DNA from: Podarcis filfolensis
Lineage: Eukaryota
NCBI GenBank assembly: GCA_964270895.1
Contig: OZ185442.1
DNA length: 64,000 nt
Direction: 5' to 3' (one strand)
The translations under genes and the position numbers were made by a program. The notes beneath the pieces were generated by a model. It was not told where the DNA came from. It ran no database searches and worked only from the letters and a program-made list of their open reading frames with translations. Below, piece after piece: positions 27,401-35,684 of this stretch (the stretch's first letter is position 1; each line of letters starts with the position of its first letter).

Positions 27401-28304
27401 TGTTCAGGTGGTGTGTTGTCAACTAGTGTACCAATCACAGCCGCTCCTCTTCTCAATGCTGGCACCGGGTGTGGCCTGACACTGCTGCTTCCAGCTGTTT
27501 TCCTTTCCCTTTGATGGCGCTCTCTCTCTCTTCAGGATCATGACTTCTTCCAACACGTTGAGATGCATCTGAGGTCTGAACACCCTCCTCTCTGTGGACG
27601 AGACCACCTCAGCTTCCGCTCCTATTACTTCCCAGTGAAGGTAGGCTGAGTTTGTGGGTCTCTGCTATGTGTCCATCATATGCTAGTAAACACTTGAGCT
27701 CTGCTCATGGGTAAAAGTTGCCAATGTGAAGGCCAAATTTTCCCCTGCATTTTATGCTTTGGTCAGAGCATCTGCTTAGGTTGCTGGAATGGCTTTTCCA
27801 AGACAGGATTCTGCTTGCTAAGAAAGGTAATCAGCAATGGGGCATATATGTCTACGTGATTCTCTGACTTTTTCTTTTTCACCATCTGGGTGGTTTGTCT
27901 GAATGGACGTTTATCTTTTCCAAGTGATATGTATAGATTTCAAGCCCCCTCCCCGCGATTCCCTATTGCAATTCTCCCTGGTGATGGTAGCATCCTGTTA
28001 GAACTGACCTAGGTATCAAGGTGGGTCTTCTTTTTTCTTGGGAAACCATGGCCTCTTTTTCTGTATGCTTTGGGTCTGCTTTCTGTGCTTGAGCCCATTC
28101 CCTCCTTTGTTCCATGGGCTGCAGCTTCTAAAATAGCCCCCCACCCTTTCTTTCTCTTGCTAGAATGTCATTGATGGGGATCTGTGTGAGCAGTTCAACT
28201 CCATGGAGCCCAACAAGCAGAAGAATGTGTCTGAAGAGCTGGACAGGACCCCACCAGAGGTGTCCAAGAAGCTAGAGGACATCCGCACCCGCTATGCTTT
28301 CTGA
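172..28304 (+). CDS. SF3B3: Splicing factor 3B subunit 3 (SAP130), spliced CDS, exons 3-26; 5' coding exon outside window
   Basis: 24 GT-AG exons join in frame to 3584 nt (3654 nt, 1217 aa, if the missing first 70 coding nt match human). Translation is near-identical to human SF3B3 from [12 protein letters not shown] to EDIRTRYAF*. Confidence 0.99.
1028..1104 (+). ncRNA. SNORD111B: Box C/D snoRNA, SNORD111 family (positional equivalent of SNORD111B), SF3B3 intron 3
   Basis: Terminal stem CCTGA/TCAGG; box C GTGATGA 1034-1040; guide TCATGTCTCTTC before D' CTGA 1062-1065, complementary to 28S rRNA GAAGAGACATGA; box D CTGA 1096-1099. Human SF3B3 hosts SNORD111/111B. Confidence 0.9.
1643..1815 (+). 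CDS. SF3B3: SF3B3 exon 4 (173 nt)
   Basis: cgtag|GT GCC ATT GAG...TAT GAG|gtattg; AIEKQKLVY...LEMDYE. Confidence 0.97.
2978..3119 (+). CDS. SF3B3: SF3B3 exon 5 (142 nt)
   Basis: ccacag|GAA GCT GAC...ATT ACA G|gtactg; EADNDPTG...NFLIT. Confidence 0.97.
3836..3948 (+). CDS. SF3B3: SF3B3 exon 6 (113 nt)
   Basis: gtcag|TC CCT GGA...AGA AGG|gtaagg; PGGSDGPSG...PIPRRR. Confidence 0.97.
4843..4912 (+). ncRNA. SNORD111: Box C/D snoRNA, SNORD111 family, SF3B3 intron 6
   Basis: Terminal stem GCTTGA/TCAAGC; box C GTGATGA 4850-4856; guide ATGTCTCTTC 4861-4870, D' CTGA 4872-4875; box D CTGA 4903-4906. Confidence 0.9.
5610..5747 (+). CDS. SF3B3: SF3B3 exon 7 (138 nt)
   Basis: ggcag|AAT GAC TTG...GAC ATG|gtacgt; NDLDDPERG...ETDEDM. 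Confidence 0.97.
5916..6019 (+). CDS. SF3B3: SF3B3 exon 8 (104 nt)
   Basis: ttcag|GTA ACA GAA ATT...AAC CA|gtaagt; [10 protein letters not shown]...SEFGNH. Confidence 0.96.
6441..6626. mobile_element. Non-autonomous hAT-type MITE
   Basis: TIRs CAGGGGTAGTCAACCT / AGGTTGACAACTCCTG; 8-bp TSD agataaac/agatagac. Confidence 0.8.
6822..6987 (+). CDS. SF3B3: SF3B3 exon 9 (166 nt)
   Basis: ttgcag|C TAC CTC TAT...TGC CAG|gtatgc; YLYQIAHL...SPILCCQ. Confidence 0.97.
7812..8215 (+). mobile_element. L1-like LINE 3' end, degraded
   Basis: Frameshifted ORF2-like C-terminus ([32 protein letters not shown]...AGF*) followed by a GT-rich then A-rich tail. Confidence 0.6.
8556..8651 (+). CDS. SF3B3: SF3B3 exon 10 (96 nt)
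   Basis: tgcag|ATA GCT GAT...CTT GAG|gtaaga; IADLANED...RHGLE. Confidence 0.97.
8769..8904. mobile_element. Short palindromic hAT-type MITE
   Basis: CAGGCATAGGCAAAC...GTTTGCCTATGCCTT ends with a CTACAATTCCCATCA / TGATGGGAGTTGTAG core; same family as 49424..49559. Confidence 0.8.
9205..9277 (+). CDS. SF3B3: SF3B3 exon 11 (73 nt)
   Basis: ctctag|GTA TCT GAA ATG...GTT GAA G|gtagga; [24 protein letters not shown]. Confidence 0.96.
10413..10525 (-). mobile_element. CR1-type 3' tail fragment
   Basis: AGAATCTTAGAGTTGGAAGGGACC...ATCTAGTC is the reverse complement of a CR1 3' terminus. Confidence 0.7.
10755..11175. repeat. Degenerate interspersed repeat with recurrent AAACCATGGTTT-type motifs
   Basis: Repeated ctatggttt, aaaccatggtt and aaaccacaa motifs; family not identified. 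Confidence 0.4.
15139..15290 (+). CDS. SF3B3: SF3B3 exon 12 (152 nt)
   Basis: aattag|AT GAA TTT...GTG CAG|gtaagg; EFDAYIIV...DALVQ. Confidence 0.97.
16102..16257 (+). CDS. SF3B3: SF3B3 exon 13 (156 nt)
   Basis: gtttag|GTT TAT CCT...GAC CCG|gtacgt; VYPDGIRH...FEMDP. Confidence 0.97.
16688..16843 (+). CDS. SF3B3: SF3B3 exon 14 (156 nt)
   Basis: accag|TCA GGG CAG...CCC TCT|gtaagt; SGQLNEYT...ISLDPS. Confidence 0.97.
17860..18003 (+). CDS. SF3B3: SF3B3 exon 15 (144 nt)
   Basis: cttag|GAC TGT CTT...TTG CAG|gtgagc; DCLQPLSM...NIGLQ. Confidence 0.97.
18610..18732 (+). CDS. SF3B3: SF3B3 exon 16 (123 nt)
   Basis: cccag|AAC GGT GTG...GAA GCG|gtgagt; NGVLLRTV...MQGQEA. Confidence 0.97.
19158..19230 (-). 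mobile_element. CR1-type 3' tail fragment
   Basis: GTAGAGCTGGAAGGGACC...GGGTCATCTAGTCCA...GCAATGCAGGAATC. Confidence 0.65.
19445..19599 (+). CDS. SF3B3: SF3B3 exon 17 (155 nt)
   Basis: ctccag|GTG CTG GCC...CTG AG|gttcgt; VLAMSSRS...STNTLR. Confidence 0.97.
20526..20700 (+). CDS. SF3B3: SF3B3 exon 18 (175 nt)
   Basis: cacag|G ATT TTG GCC...GCG GAG|gtaaca; ILALEKLG...QQMAE. Confidence 0.97.
21216..21421 (+). CDS. SF3B3: SF3B3 exon 19 (206 nt)
   Basis: ttgcag|GAA ATG GTG...TTC AG|gtaagg; EMVEAAGE...NEAAF. Confidence 0.97.
21883..22039 (+). CDS. SF3B3: SF3B3 exon 20 (157 nt)
   Basis: ctacag|T GTG GCA GTG...CAC AAG|gtgaga; VAVCRF...LEFLHK. Confidence 0.97.
22842..22967 (+). CDS. SF3B3: SF3B3 exon 21 (126 nt)
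   Basis: gttcag|ACC CCA GTA...AAT AAG|gtattt; TPVEEVPA...RKCENK. Confidence 0.97.
23820..24032 (+). CDS. SF3B3: SF3B3 exon 22 (213 nt)
   Basis: cccag|CAC ATT GCC...TGT GTG|gtgagt; HIANYICG...GNICV. Confidence 0.97.
24700..24798 (+). CDS. SF3B3: SF3B3 exon 23 (99 nt)
   Basis: ctgtag|GTG CGG CTG...CAA AAG|gtaact; VRLPPNTN...GASQK. Confidence 0.97.
25922..26065 (+). CDS. SF3B3: SF3B3 exon 24 (144 nt)
   Basis: ttcag|GCA GAG GTG...CAT GAG|gtagga; AEVIMNYH...FTSHE. Confidence 0.97.
26660..27075 (+). mobile_element. Non-LTR retrotransposon ORF2 reverse-transcriptase fragment (inactive; clade undetermined)
   Basis: [14 protein letters not shown], then [16 protein letters not shown]...[22 protein letters not shown]...[12 protein letters not shown], with an in-frame stop. 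Confidence 0.85.
27137..27388. mobile_element. Non-autonomous hAT (Charlie-like) MITE
   Basis: TIRs CAGGGGTGAGCAACCT / AGGTTGCCTACCCCTG; TSD ctccagga/ctctagga. Confidence 0.85.
27536..27640 (+). CDS. SF3B3: SF3B3 exon 25 (105 nt)
   Basis: ttcag|GAT CAT GAC...GTG AAG|gtaggc; DHDFFQHV...YFPVK. Confidence 0.97.
28164..28304 (+). CDS. SF3B3: SF3B3 exon 26, coding part to stop (141 nt)
   Basis: gctag|AAT GTC ATT GAT...GCT TTC TGA; NVIDGDLC...TRYAF*. Confidence 0.97.
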   Translation, partial: NVIDGDLCEQFNSMEPNKQKNVSEELDRTPPEVSKKLEDIRTRYAF

Positions 28305-28838
28305 GAGGCACCTTTTCAGGGACGTGGCTGGGATTCCTGTTCCAAAGATGTTTTGAAGGGTATGAGCTTTTTTGGCCAGTTGCTCCCACTTTGGTACTCT
28401 TGTTTTCTTCCAGTGACTTGAAAGTCCAACCATGTCATCAACCTGTTCTGTCCATGCTGTTCCAGGAGTCAGTCAGGTTCTCCCAAGTGGCGAGGCCTCC
28501 CCTTTCAGGTGTGTTTCTGGCTCCACCCTTTTTACAGACAGTTTGGGTGCTGCACCCACTACCGACCTGCCCTTGGACAAGGCCCTGGTGCCCTTTCCTT
28601 GTCAAGTGAGCTAGCTAGATGAAGTCCCCTTTTCTGAGTTGGTAAGATATGAGCACAGGGACGTTAGGGCTCCTCCTCTTCCATTGGCCAGTGTCGGGGA
28701 AGCCTTGTGGGCGTGGCTGGTGTAATTTTTCCATCCTGCAGTTTTTATCTCTGTGTTTGTAAATAGAGTCTTGTACCAAGTTAGCCTTTTGTCTGCTGAA
28801 GAGATGGCCTGTGTGAATCTGGCCATAGATTTTTCTTT

Positions 28839-28844
28839 AATAAA
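28839..28844 (+). terminator. SF3B3: Probable SF3B3 polyadenylation signal (AATAAA)
   Basis: First canonical AATAAA I found after the stop, about 535 nt downstream, following a U-rich stretch. Confidence 0.65.
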
Positions 28845-31164
28845 ACCCAGCATCTGGATTAAAGGTTGGCTGACAAACCTGTTTGGTGACTTCTCTCATG
28901 AATTTTACCTGCTCCTGGGGACATGAGCTAGGGAGGAGCTCTGCCAATGGCACATTAAATTCATGGGAGGATCAATCTTGTCATTCATTTTAAAATGATG
29001 CACTTCTTACCCTTTGGGCTGCAGAGGAAAGCCACGTTTCCCTGCACTTGCAGTGTCCAGTATTAGGCTCTGTATTTCTCTAGAGATCTTACTCTCCATT
29101 TACTCTGCTGTGGAAGACTTGTTCAGCCCTCTCAGCTGTCCTAAGGAGGTTTATACTTAAGTTCTGGAATTGTCTCCCAACCTACCCTACCCTACCCCTT
29201 CAGAGAAGATAACATTGCTGTTATGTTTACTTTCCTCAAAAGCAAACCTTTTGCACTTCCTCCCTCCGAGCCATTCTTCGGGCTGCATTACATGTGAATG
29301 ACAGATCTCTTTGTTTCTGTGGTGGGCTGACTACTTGTTTTAAATGTAATACAGGGGTTTGATTCATCCGAGTCAGCCTGGCCCAATAGTCAGGGATAAT
29401 GGGAGCTGTAGCAAATATTTGGAGGGCACAGGTTACTGACCTCTGGAGGACAGTGCAGGTGTCTATGGAACTTGTGACTGGCTGCAGCTCCTAAACACAG
29501 ATACTTGCTTGAAGAGATACAAGTGCTCTTCAGATATTATGGGGACCAGATGTTTAGTTCAAAATGTGCTGGCTGCTGAGAGACCAGTGTCTGGTTTTAA
29601 TAGTCGTGAGCTCACCTTGAGTTGAGGTCCAGCTAGAAATACAGTGGAACTGGCAGCACAGCCCCTTGGTGGAATGGGCACTTGCTGGATCAGGCTACAG
29701 AGAACAGTATTTTATTTAAGCCCAAAGCCAGGTGATTTCAGATCTAGAATTGGGCCAGGCTTTCTGGGCCTCTTTCAAGACTTTCCTGGTGCTTCAGGTT
29801 GCTTTTGTTTCAAATGTCTTCACTGAACAATTACTTTAAAGTGCTATTTCTCCTTCCATGTATGGATGTGGGAGTTCTGGATTGGATATCATCCATTTCA
29901 GAAGTAGAACTAAGCAGATTGTCTTGTCAGCTGAAAATCTCTATATTTCGGCTTTGGGTAGGCGCTGACATGCTGTGTCAAACTGCCACACTGGACCTTC
30001 TCTGACTCCAAGAAAAGGAGAGCCCATCAGAAGGGAGCCAGTAGCCAGTGAGGGATTGCGGGAAAGGGAGCAATCTGTGTCTGGTTGGGAAGTCTCTTGC
30101 CCTCTTAGACAAGGGCAGAGTGGAGCAGTGTGTAGCCTTTGAGGACTGCTGCTGCCCAGCTGCCTCACTAAGGTTGGGGCTGGTGGAGAGGCCTAACACA
30201 GCCCAGCCTTGAAATGGTTCAGTGATTACGGGTGGGGATTGATGTGAAGGGCAACTGTCAGTGACAAAGACTGTGGTAAAGCTTGCTGTGGGGAAGAACT
30301 ATCTTCTATGCTGCTATAGTGGAAGCTACAGAAATAATACCCCTCAGACTTCACCCCTGTTACTTCTCCACATACACAAGCAGGCACACTTGGATACTAA
30401 GCAGCTCTTTAGATTCTATGGGCATGGAAATGCTGGTTTCTTGTGACAAGGTGCTGGAATTATGCAAATGGCTGTGAGAAGAGAGAGGGTTGGGGATTGA
30501 TGCACTGGCTAGAACTGAAATCAGCAACGCCCAGCTCCTTTCTCCTAGTCCAGGGGCTGCGGCTTTAGAGCAACAGCATTAGAAAAAGAAAGGCCCCAGA
30601 AGGCTAAAAAAAACCCAACGTATGCTTATTGCTTTCCATTTGAGAAGATACAGAAGATACAGAGAAGATACAGAGAGAGGCAGCTATTGATTGCTACCTC
30701 CACTGTTGGAGGCAGTGTGCTTCTGAATGCCAGTTGCTGGGAATCACACAAGGAGTTTCTATTGTGCTTTGCCCTTTGAGTTTCCTACAGGCATCTGGTT
30801 TGTCTCTGCCAGAGCGGGATGGGTCCTACAATCCAGCAGGCTCTTATGCTTGTCTGAAATACACCTTAAGACATCTCTCTAAGAACCCCTACTAGGCTAG
30901 AACTATAGAAGCTGGTGCTTTGTTTTGAAAAAATACACTTACCTTTCCATTTCTGTAACCATAAATTCAGAATTGGAATGGCTGGGACAAATGTGTGTTA
31001 GCATTTGTGTTGTGATTCCAGGAGGGTTACAGGTAGGAAAACCACCTGTGGATGTTGTGTGCCTGGCCTGAAGAAACAACTGCTTTGTTCCTCTTACGCG
31101 TAGGAGAGTAAGAATGGGTGGGATGGGGTGGGAGGAAACAATTTGCGTTAATTACAGTACAACT

Positions 31165-31170
31165 TTTATT
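31165..31170 (-). terminator. MTSS2: Probable MTSS2 polyadenylation signal
   Basis: Minus strand reads ...CCAGTATTAATAAAAGTTGTACTG...; preceded by U-rich tracts. Confidence 0.65.
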
Positions 31171-32245
31171 AATACTGGAATCTTCACAGTGCATTCGTTA
31201 CTTGTAGCAGTGACTATTTTAAATGAAGGGAGAAGGGAAGGATAATTAACTTTAAGAATGAAAGAGGGCGGGTGGGTAAGGCCAGGGCTGCTAGCAAGGG
31301 GGGGGGGGTAGGGAAAATAAATTAGAAAAAAAGAACAAGTTAACAGCACCAGAATAGTTAACATCAGTTGAGAGAGACATTTTAAAGGGTTTTTTTCCTC
31401 TGTACAAAAAAAAAATAAAAATAAAAAGCAAAATGCAAACATTTTTCACGCATTGTCACTGTTGTCATTTCTGGCCATGACAGGGAGGAGGGGGGCACCC
31501 ACAGGAAGGTTGGTTGGTTAGAAACTAAACTGTTATTACTACGACAGTATAAGAGTTAAGGAGGCTACAACGTGACACCCACGCAAGCGCACATAAGACG
31601 TCTGGGCTGTGGGGAGGGTGGAGGGGACTGCTGTGGCTCTATGTACAACAACGACAACACCAGGCCCTGCTGTGCCTTGCAGGGGCTAAGGATGGGGAGA
31701 CGGGGAGGATCCAGCAAGAGGGAGCAGGCGCAGTTGTGCTTTCTCAGAGGCTTCTACGCTCCCCAGCCCTTGCAAAGGGCCTTGCGTTGGCTGCTTTGGC
31801 CACCTCGTGTATTCACCACCGCTGTGCTTTGCTCGTGCCTCACCACACAACACTCAACGCTGTCCACAGCTGTGCTCTCTCTCTACTTTAGAAAGGGTTG
31901 TTGACCACCATGCTGCTGCTATGAGAAACGTGGTGGCATCTCTCTTGGAATAATTGTCACAAGCCCATCTTTCATTTTTTTCTTTGCATGGGTAAGCTCT
32001 GTTCTCGAATGCCTGGCCAGTTCAAAGACAAAGGAAGCCCCTAATGTCTAGCATGGGCTCTGCCTCCCCCACTTTAGCCACCCCATATGTGCTACATCTG
32101 TGCTGTTCAGTGATCCTTGGATACTCGACAGTCCCAGGACAGGAAAGCAAGACATGCTCATTCTTGAGCCCAACAAACACAAAAGGTGGAGGTTATGCAG
32201 CAGGGGCCGTTTAATGGACCCTCATTTGTTGAGGAAGCTTGATCT

Positions 32246-32365
32246 GTAAAGCATGAGACTCTTAACCCAGGGCCAGGCCCTGTGTTGGACAAAAGATTTC
32301 TGCATTGCAAAGGGTTGGACTAGATGACCCTCGTGGTTCCTTCCAACTCTACAATTCTCTGATTC
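32246..32365 (+). mobile_element. tRNA-Lys-derived SINE with CR1-type tail (inside the MTSS2 3'UTR)
   Basis: GTAAAGCATGAGACTCTTAA resembles tRNA-Lys(CTT); tail GGGTTGGACTAGATGACC...TTCCAACTCTACAATTCT. Confidence 0.75.
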
Positions 32366-33469
32366 CTTCCTAGTCAAGCACAGGGAAAGGCCTCTCCCTC
32401 TTTCCCCCTCACTTTAGACCACCTTAATTCCCAGCCACTGACTTTCCCCATCACTTTCTCTTTCTTTCAAGACTGTCCCCTTTCCCAACATCACTTTCCA
32501 TTTGCCAACACAGCCGATTTCTAGACTATCTGGGACAATATCAGGGTGAGCACAAGGTAGATCCAAGTCTCTTGCACTCTCCAGATCTGGGTATAAGCAG
32601 TTGTTAAAACAGTTGCATTACATAACTAATATAAACTCAATGAATTTATCCAAACCCTCAACAAGTTGTTTCTGCGGGGCAGAATAGGCAGGTATGTTCC
32701 AAATTGGGGGGGGGGGGGGCAGATGGAAGTAAGCAAAACAGCTTAAAAAAAGTGATAGGCACAATTTGTATTTATGTTCCTTCTGACTACCTGGCTTGCG
32801 TGCCCTAAACTCCAGCCCTGCTGAACTCTTAACTCCCATCAGGCCCAGAAACCGGCCTAGCCCATGGTCAGCATTGATGGAAGTCTTAATAACATTGGAA
32901 GGTGAAAAGTTCTCCACCCCTGGCCTAAAACTGAGAAATGTGGATATTCTTACAGCAGCTGCATGGCCCAAGCTGGAGCTTCTGGCTGGGAGCTGCAATC
33001 CAACTCATGCTCCTTCAGCTCCAAGCACAGAGGAAGAAGCTGTGCTGAATATTCATTTGGTTATGGATCTTGGAGGCCAAAACCAGAACAAGGGAGCTGG
33101 TCTGTTTCTGTAAATCCCCTCTGCCCCCATTTTTAAAGCCTGCTTGTGGCAATTCTTTCCTCACTTTCTGCTGGGGCACTTTTTAAAAAAATTAAATTAC
33201 AGCAGTGGACTCTAATTTCATGAGCAGGTCAGGGTGAATCGGGGAATATCACCAAAGGTAAACGAACCAACCAAGAGAGTTGGTTCAGCTATTTCCCTCT
33301 CTGCAGATACTTTTTACCCTTTTCAAAGTATCCACCCAATATTGACAAAATGGGGCCCCTTTCGATGCTGTTAGAAGAGGCACCCTGCCACACACTCACA
33401 GGTTTAGTCATAACCATACCCATACCTGGCCAAAACAGGCTTACATTGGAAAAGGCAGAGGACACTGCA

Positions 33470-33610
33470 TTCCACCTAACTCAGCCTTGCCTAACACTGC
33501 TTGGTAGCAGCCTCCCACAACAAAGATCTTTCCTATTCTTATCTGGAGATGCCAACAGTTGAACCTGGGACCTTCTGCATGCCAAGCAGGTGCTCTACCA
33601 CTCCGCTACA
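33470..33610 (-). mobile_element. Squam2-like tRNA-derived SINE (inside the MTSS2 3'UTR)
   Basis: Minus strand reads AGTGGTAGAGCACCTGCTTGGCATGCAGAAGGTCCCAGGTTCAA...GGCATCTCCAG (A and B boxes). Confidence 0.7.
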
Positions 33611-34920
33611 GCCTTTCCAGTGATACCAGAACCTGTGAGCATCAGTTTAACCACCTTTGGCCTTGCCAGATGGTTGTAGAATTCAAGAGCAGACACCCTT
33701 GGTCTTTGCACACACCCTGCTTTCAAAACCCTCCAAGGCCCTCAATTACCAAAGTCCTCCACTACCATCCACAAAAAGGCTTCTTTTGCCCCTATATCCA
33801 CTTAGCTACAGCTATTCCAGAGCAACAGCTGTCCACCTTCACCTTTCCATCACTGCCAATTCTGCTCCCTCCCTACCACCTTCAGGGGAGAACCATGGCC
33901 ACTGCTCTTACCAAAAGGTTCAAGCCCTGTCCTGAAGTGGCACTGAGGGCAGGTCAACAGCAGCCCAATCCTCGGCCTCTCAGATTACAGAGCTCCTACC
34001 CCACTTGGGACGAGAGCGCAATCCTCTTCCTGAATATAACCAACCTGCCCACTCTGCTCCCAGTAGAGCCACTGAGGAAACGGAGGCCGATAAGTCTGTG
34101 GCTGTGACTCAGCCTCTTGTTGGGGGGGATTGGGCCCTCCTGCCTGGTGACATGCCTGCAGGTTGTCCACTCCCTGTCCTTTGCACTCTCTCCTCCAGCT
34201 GCGCATTTGGGATGCACCTGGGAACACGAGAGGCTTCCGGGATTGTTCATGGGATTGTTCACGGGGGTGTTAACTGCTGCTTATAAAGTCTTTCTTGAAG
34301 TAGCTGATACAAACAGATGGCAAACAGAAAATAACTGGAAAGACAGACAAACAGACAGACAAACAGACAGAGAGCTGTGAAGGAAGGATTCAGCACAGGA
34401 CTAACAGTGCATTTTTTTGTCCGGAGGAGGTGGGTGCTCTCTAGGAACGGCAGCCTCCATTTCTTTGCCATGTGCAAGTGTGTTGGGGTGTGTGTGTAGT
34501 TTATACTAAGAACACTGTAGTTGCTAGATCCAGTTCAGGTTTTCACTCCTCCCTGACAATCATGGAGCAAGGGAATGGCCTCCCTCCTTGTGGCGGCAGC
34601 AGCAACCGGTCTCTCTGCAGGCGAGGATGAAGGAAGGTGCAGGAGGGGAAAGGAAACCTGGGCAGGGCAGCAGATGGAAAAACAATGTGTATAAAAGAGG
34701 CTCCAAAACCAGTTCAGTGCCAGGCTGTGCCTGTGCAGGTTTGTTAGCAAAGGCATATAGATTAGTCTCCTTTATATCTAGACTCTTGACACGATCTCCA
34801 TAAAGTGGCTTTGCCTTTTGTGGTTCGTTTACTTCTCTTCCATTTCCCCTGGTTTAGTCCTGACTCTGGTTGCTCTCCAGGCACCGGGTGGGCACTGAGC
34901 AGGCGCTGGGGAAGAGTCCA

Positions 34921-35684
34921 TCACAAAAACCGGGGCGCCGACCTGTCATTGGTGATGGTCCTGCGAAGGCGCACTCCACGGCGGATGGCCACCAGCATGT
35001 CTTCCGCCGGAGGGTCGCTGGAGGCCGCCGGGGGAGGAGTGGGTGTCTCTTCCCCGGGACCGAGGGCAGAGACCCCGGTGGGGAAGGGAAACTGGCCCTC
35101 GCCAAGAGCATGGGCACTGGCCACTAGCTCCCCAATCTTCTCCACCAGGCTGTGTCGGTTGGCTGCCAGCTGCTGCTCCTCCTCCTCGGTGGAGAGGTGC
35201 TTCCCGGCGTACACAGAGATCTCCATCACGTTGCTGCCCCAGGCGGTGTTTGGCAGGCTCAGCCTCTTGGGCGAGGCTTTGGCAAAGTCCATGGCGCTTG
35301 GTGAGGCATCGTCAGTGTAGAACACACATTCCTCGCTGCCCACCCGGGTGGGGCCGGTGTACCCAGGGGAGTCAGGCACTGTTGGCGTCTTGACAGGGAC
35401 GATGGGGGGTCTGATGGGAATGGGGCCGGCGTTGGAGAGGGTTCGGCGTACCGTGGGCTTGGTGGAAGGTGTGCGGCGGATGGTGGCCACCCCTGGCGTG
35501 GCGCCGGTGGGCAGGGCAGTGCCGGTGGGCAGGCCAGCAGTAGAAGCAGGCCGCTTGGTCTGGATCATGCGCCGGTAATTCTGGGCGATGTTGCTGTTGC
35601 GAGGGATAGTCGAGGATTTGTCGAATTCGCTCTGGCTCTCCCCTTCCATGTCGCCGTTCACGGAATAGCAGTCGTAATCTGAGC
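34921..35684 (-). CDS. MTSS2: MTSS2 exon 15, coding part (764 nt), includes WH2
   Basis: cacag|GC TCA GAT TAC... to TGA at 34921; matches ORF 34921..35661. Confidence 0.96.

Larger units (their letters stand above)
31150..34920 (-). other. MTSS2: Probable MTSS2 3'UTR (about 3.8 kb)
   Basis: Runs from the stop to a minus-strand AATAAA at 31165-31170. The end is inferred from sequence only. Confidence 0.6.

Noticed and set aside
30400-30477. MLVSCDKVLELC weakly resembles the IL-34 segment LLDNC.(R/K)V(M/L)
   Set aside because: Only about 5 identities, the conserved RPKA is missing, there is no convincing acceptor and little DNA similarity. Likely chance, but worth including in the IL34 tBLASTn.
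32796-33113. 105-aa ORF with PGLKL, loosely like IL-34 PGPNLKL
   Set aside because: No other IL-34 residues match, and it lies antisense within the predicted MTSS2 3'UTR.
33559-34107. 182-aa ORF
   Set aside because: It begins in an antisense SINE head, lies in the 3'UTR region and has no recognisable homology.
34805-35578. Plus-strand ORFs overlapping the last MTSS2 exon
   Set aside because: Antisense shadows of a GC-rich coding exon.
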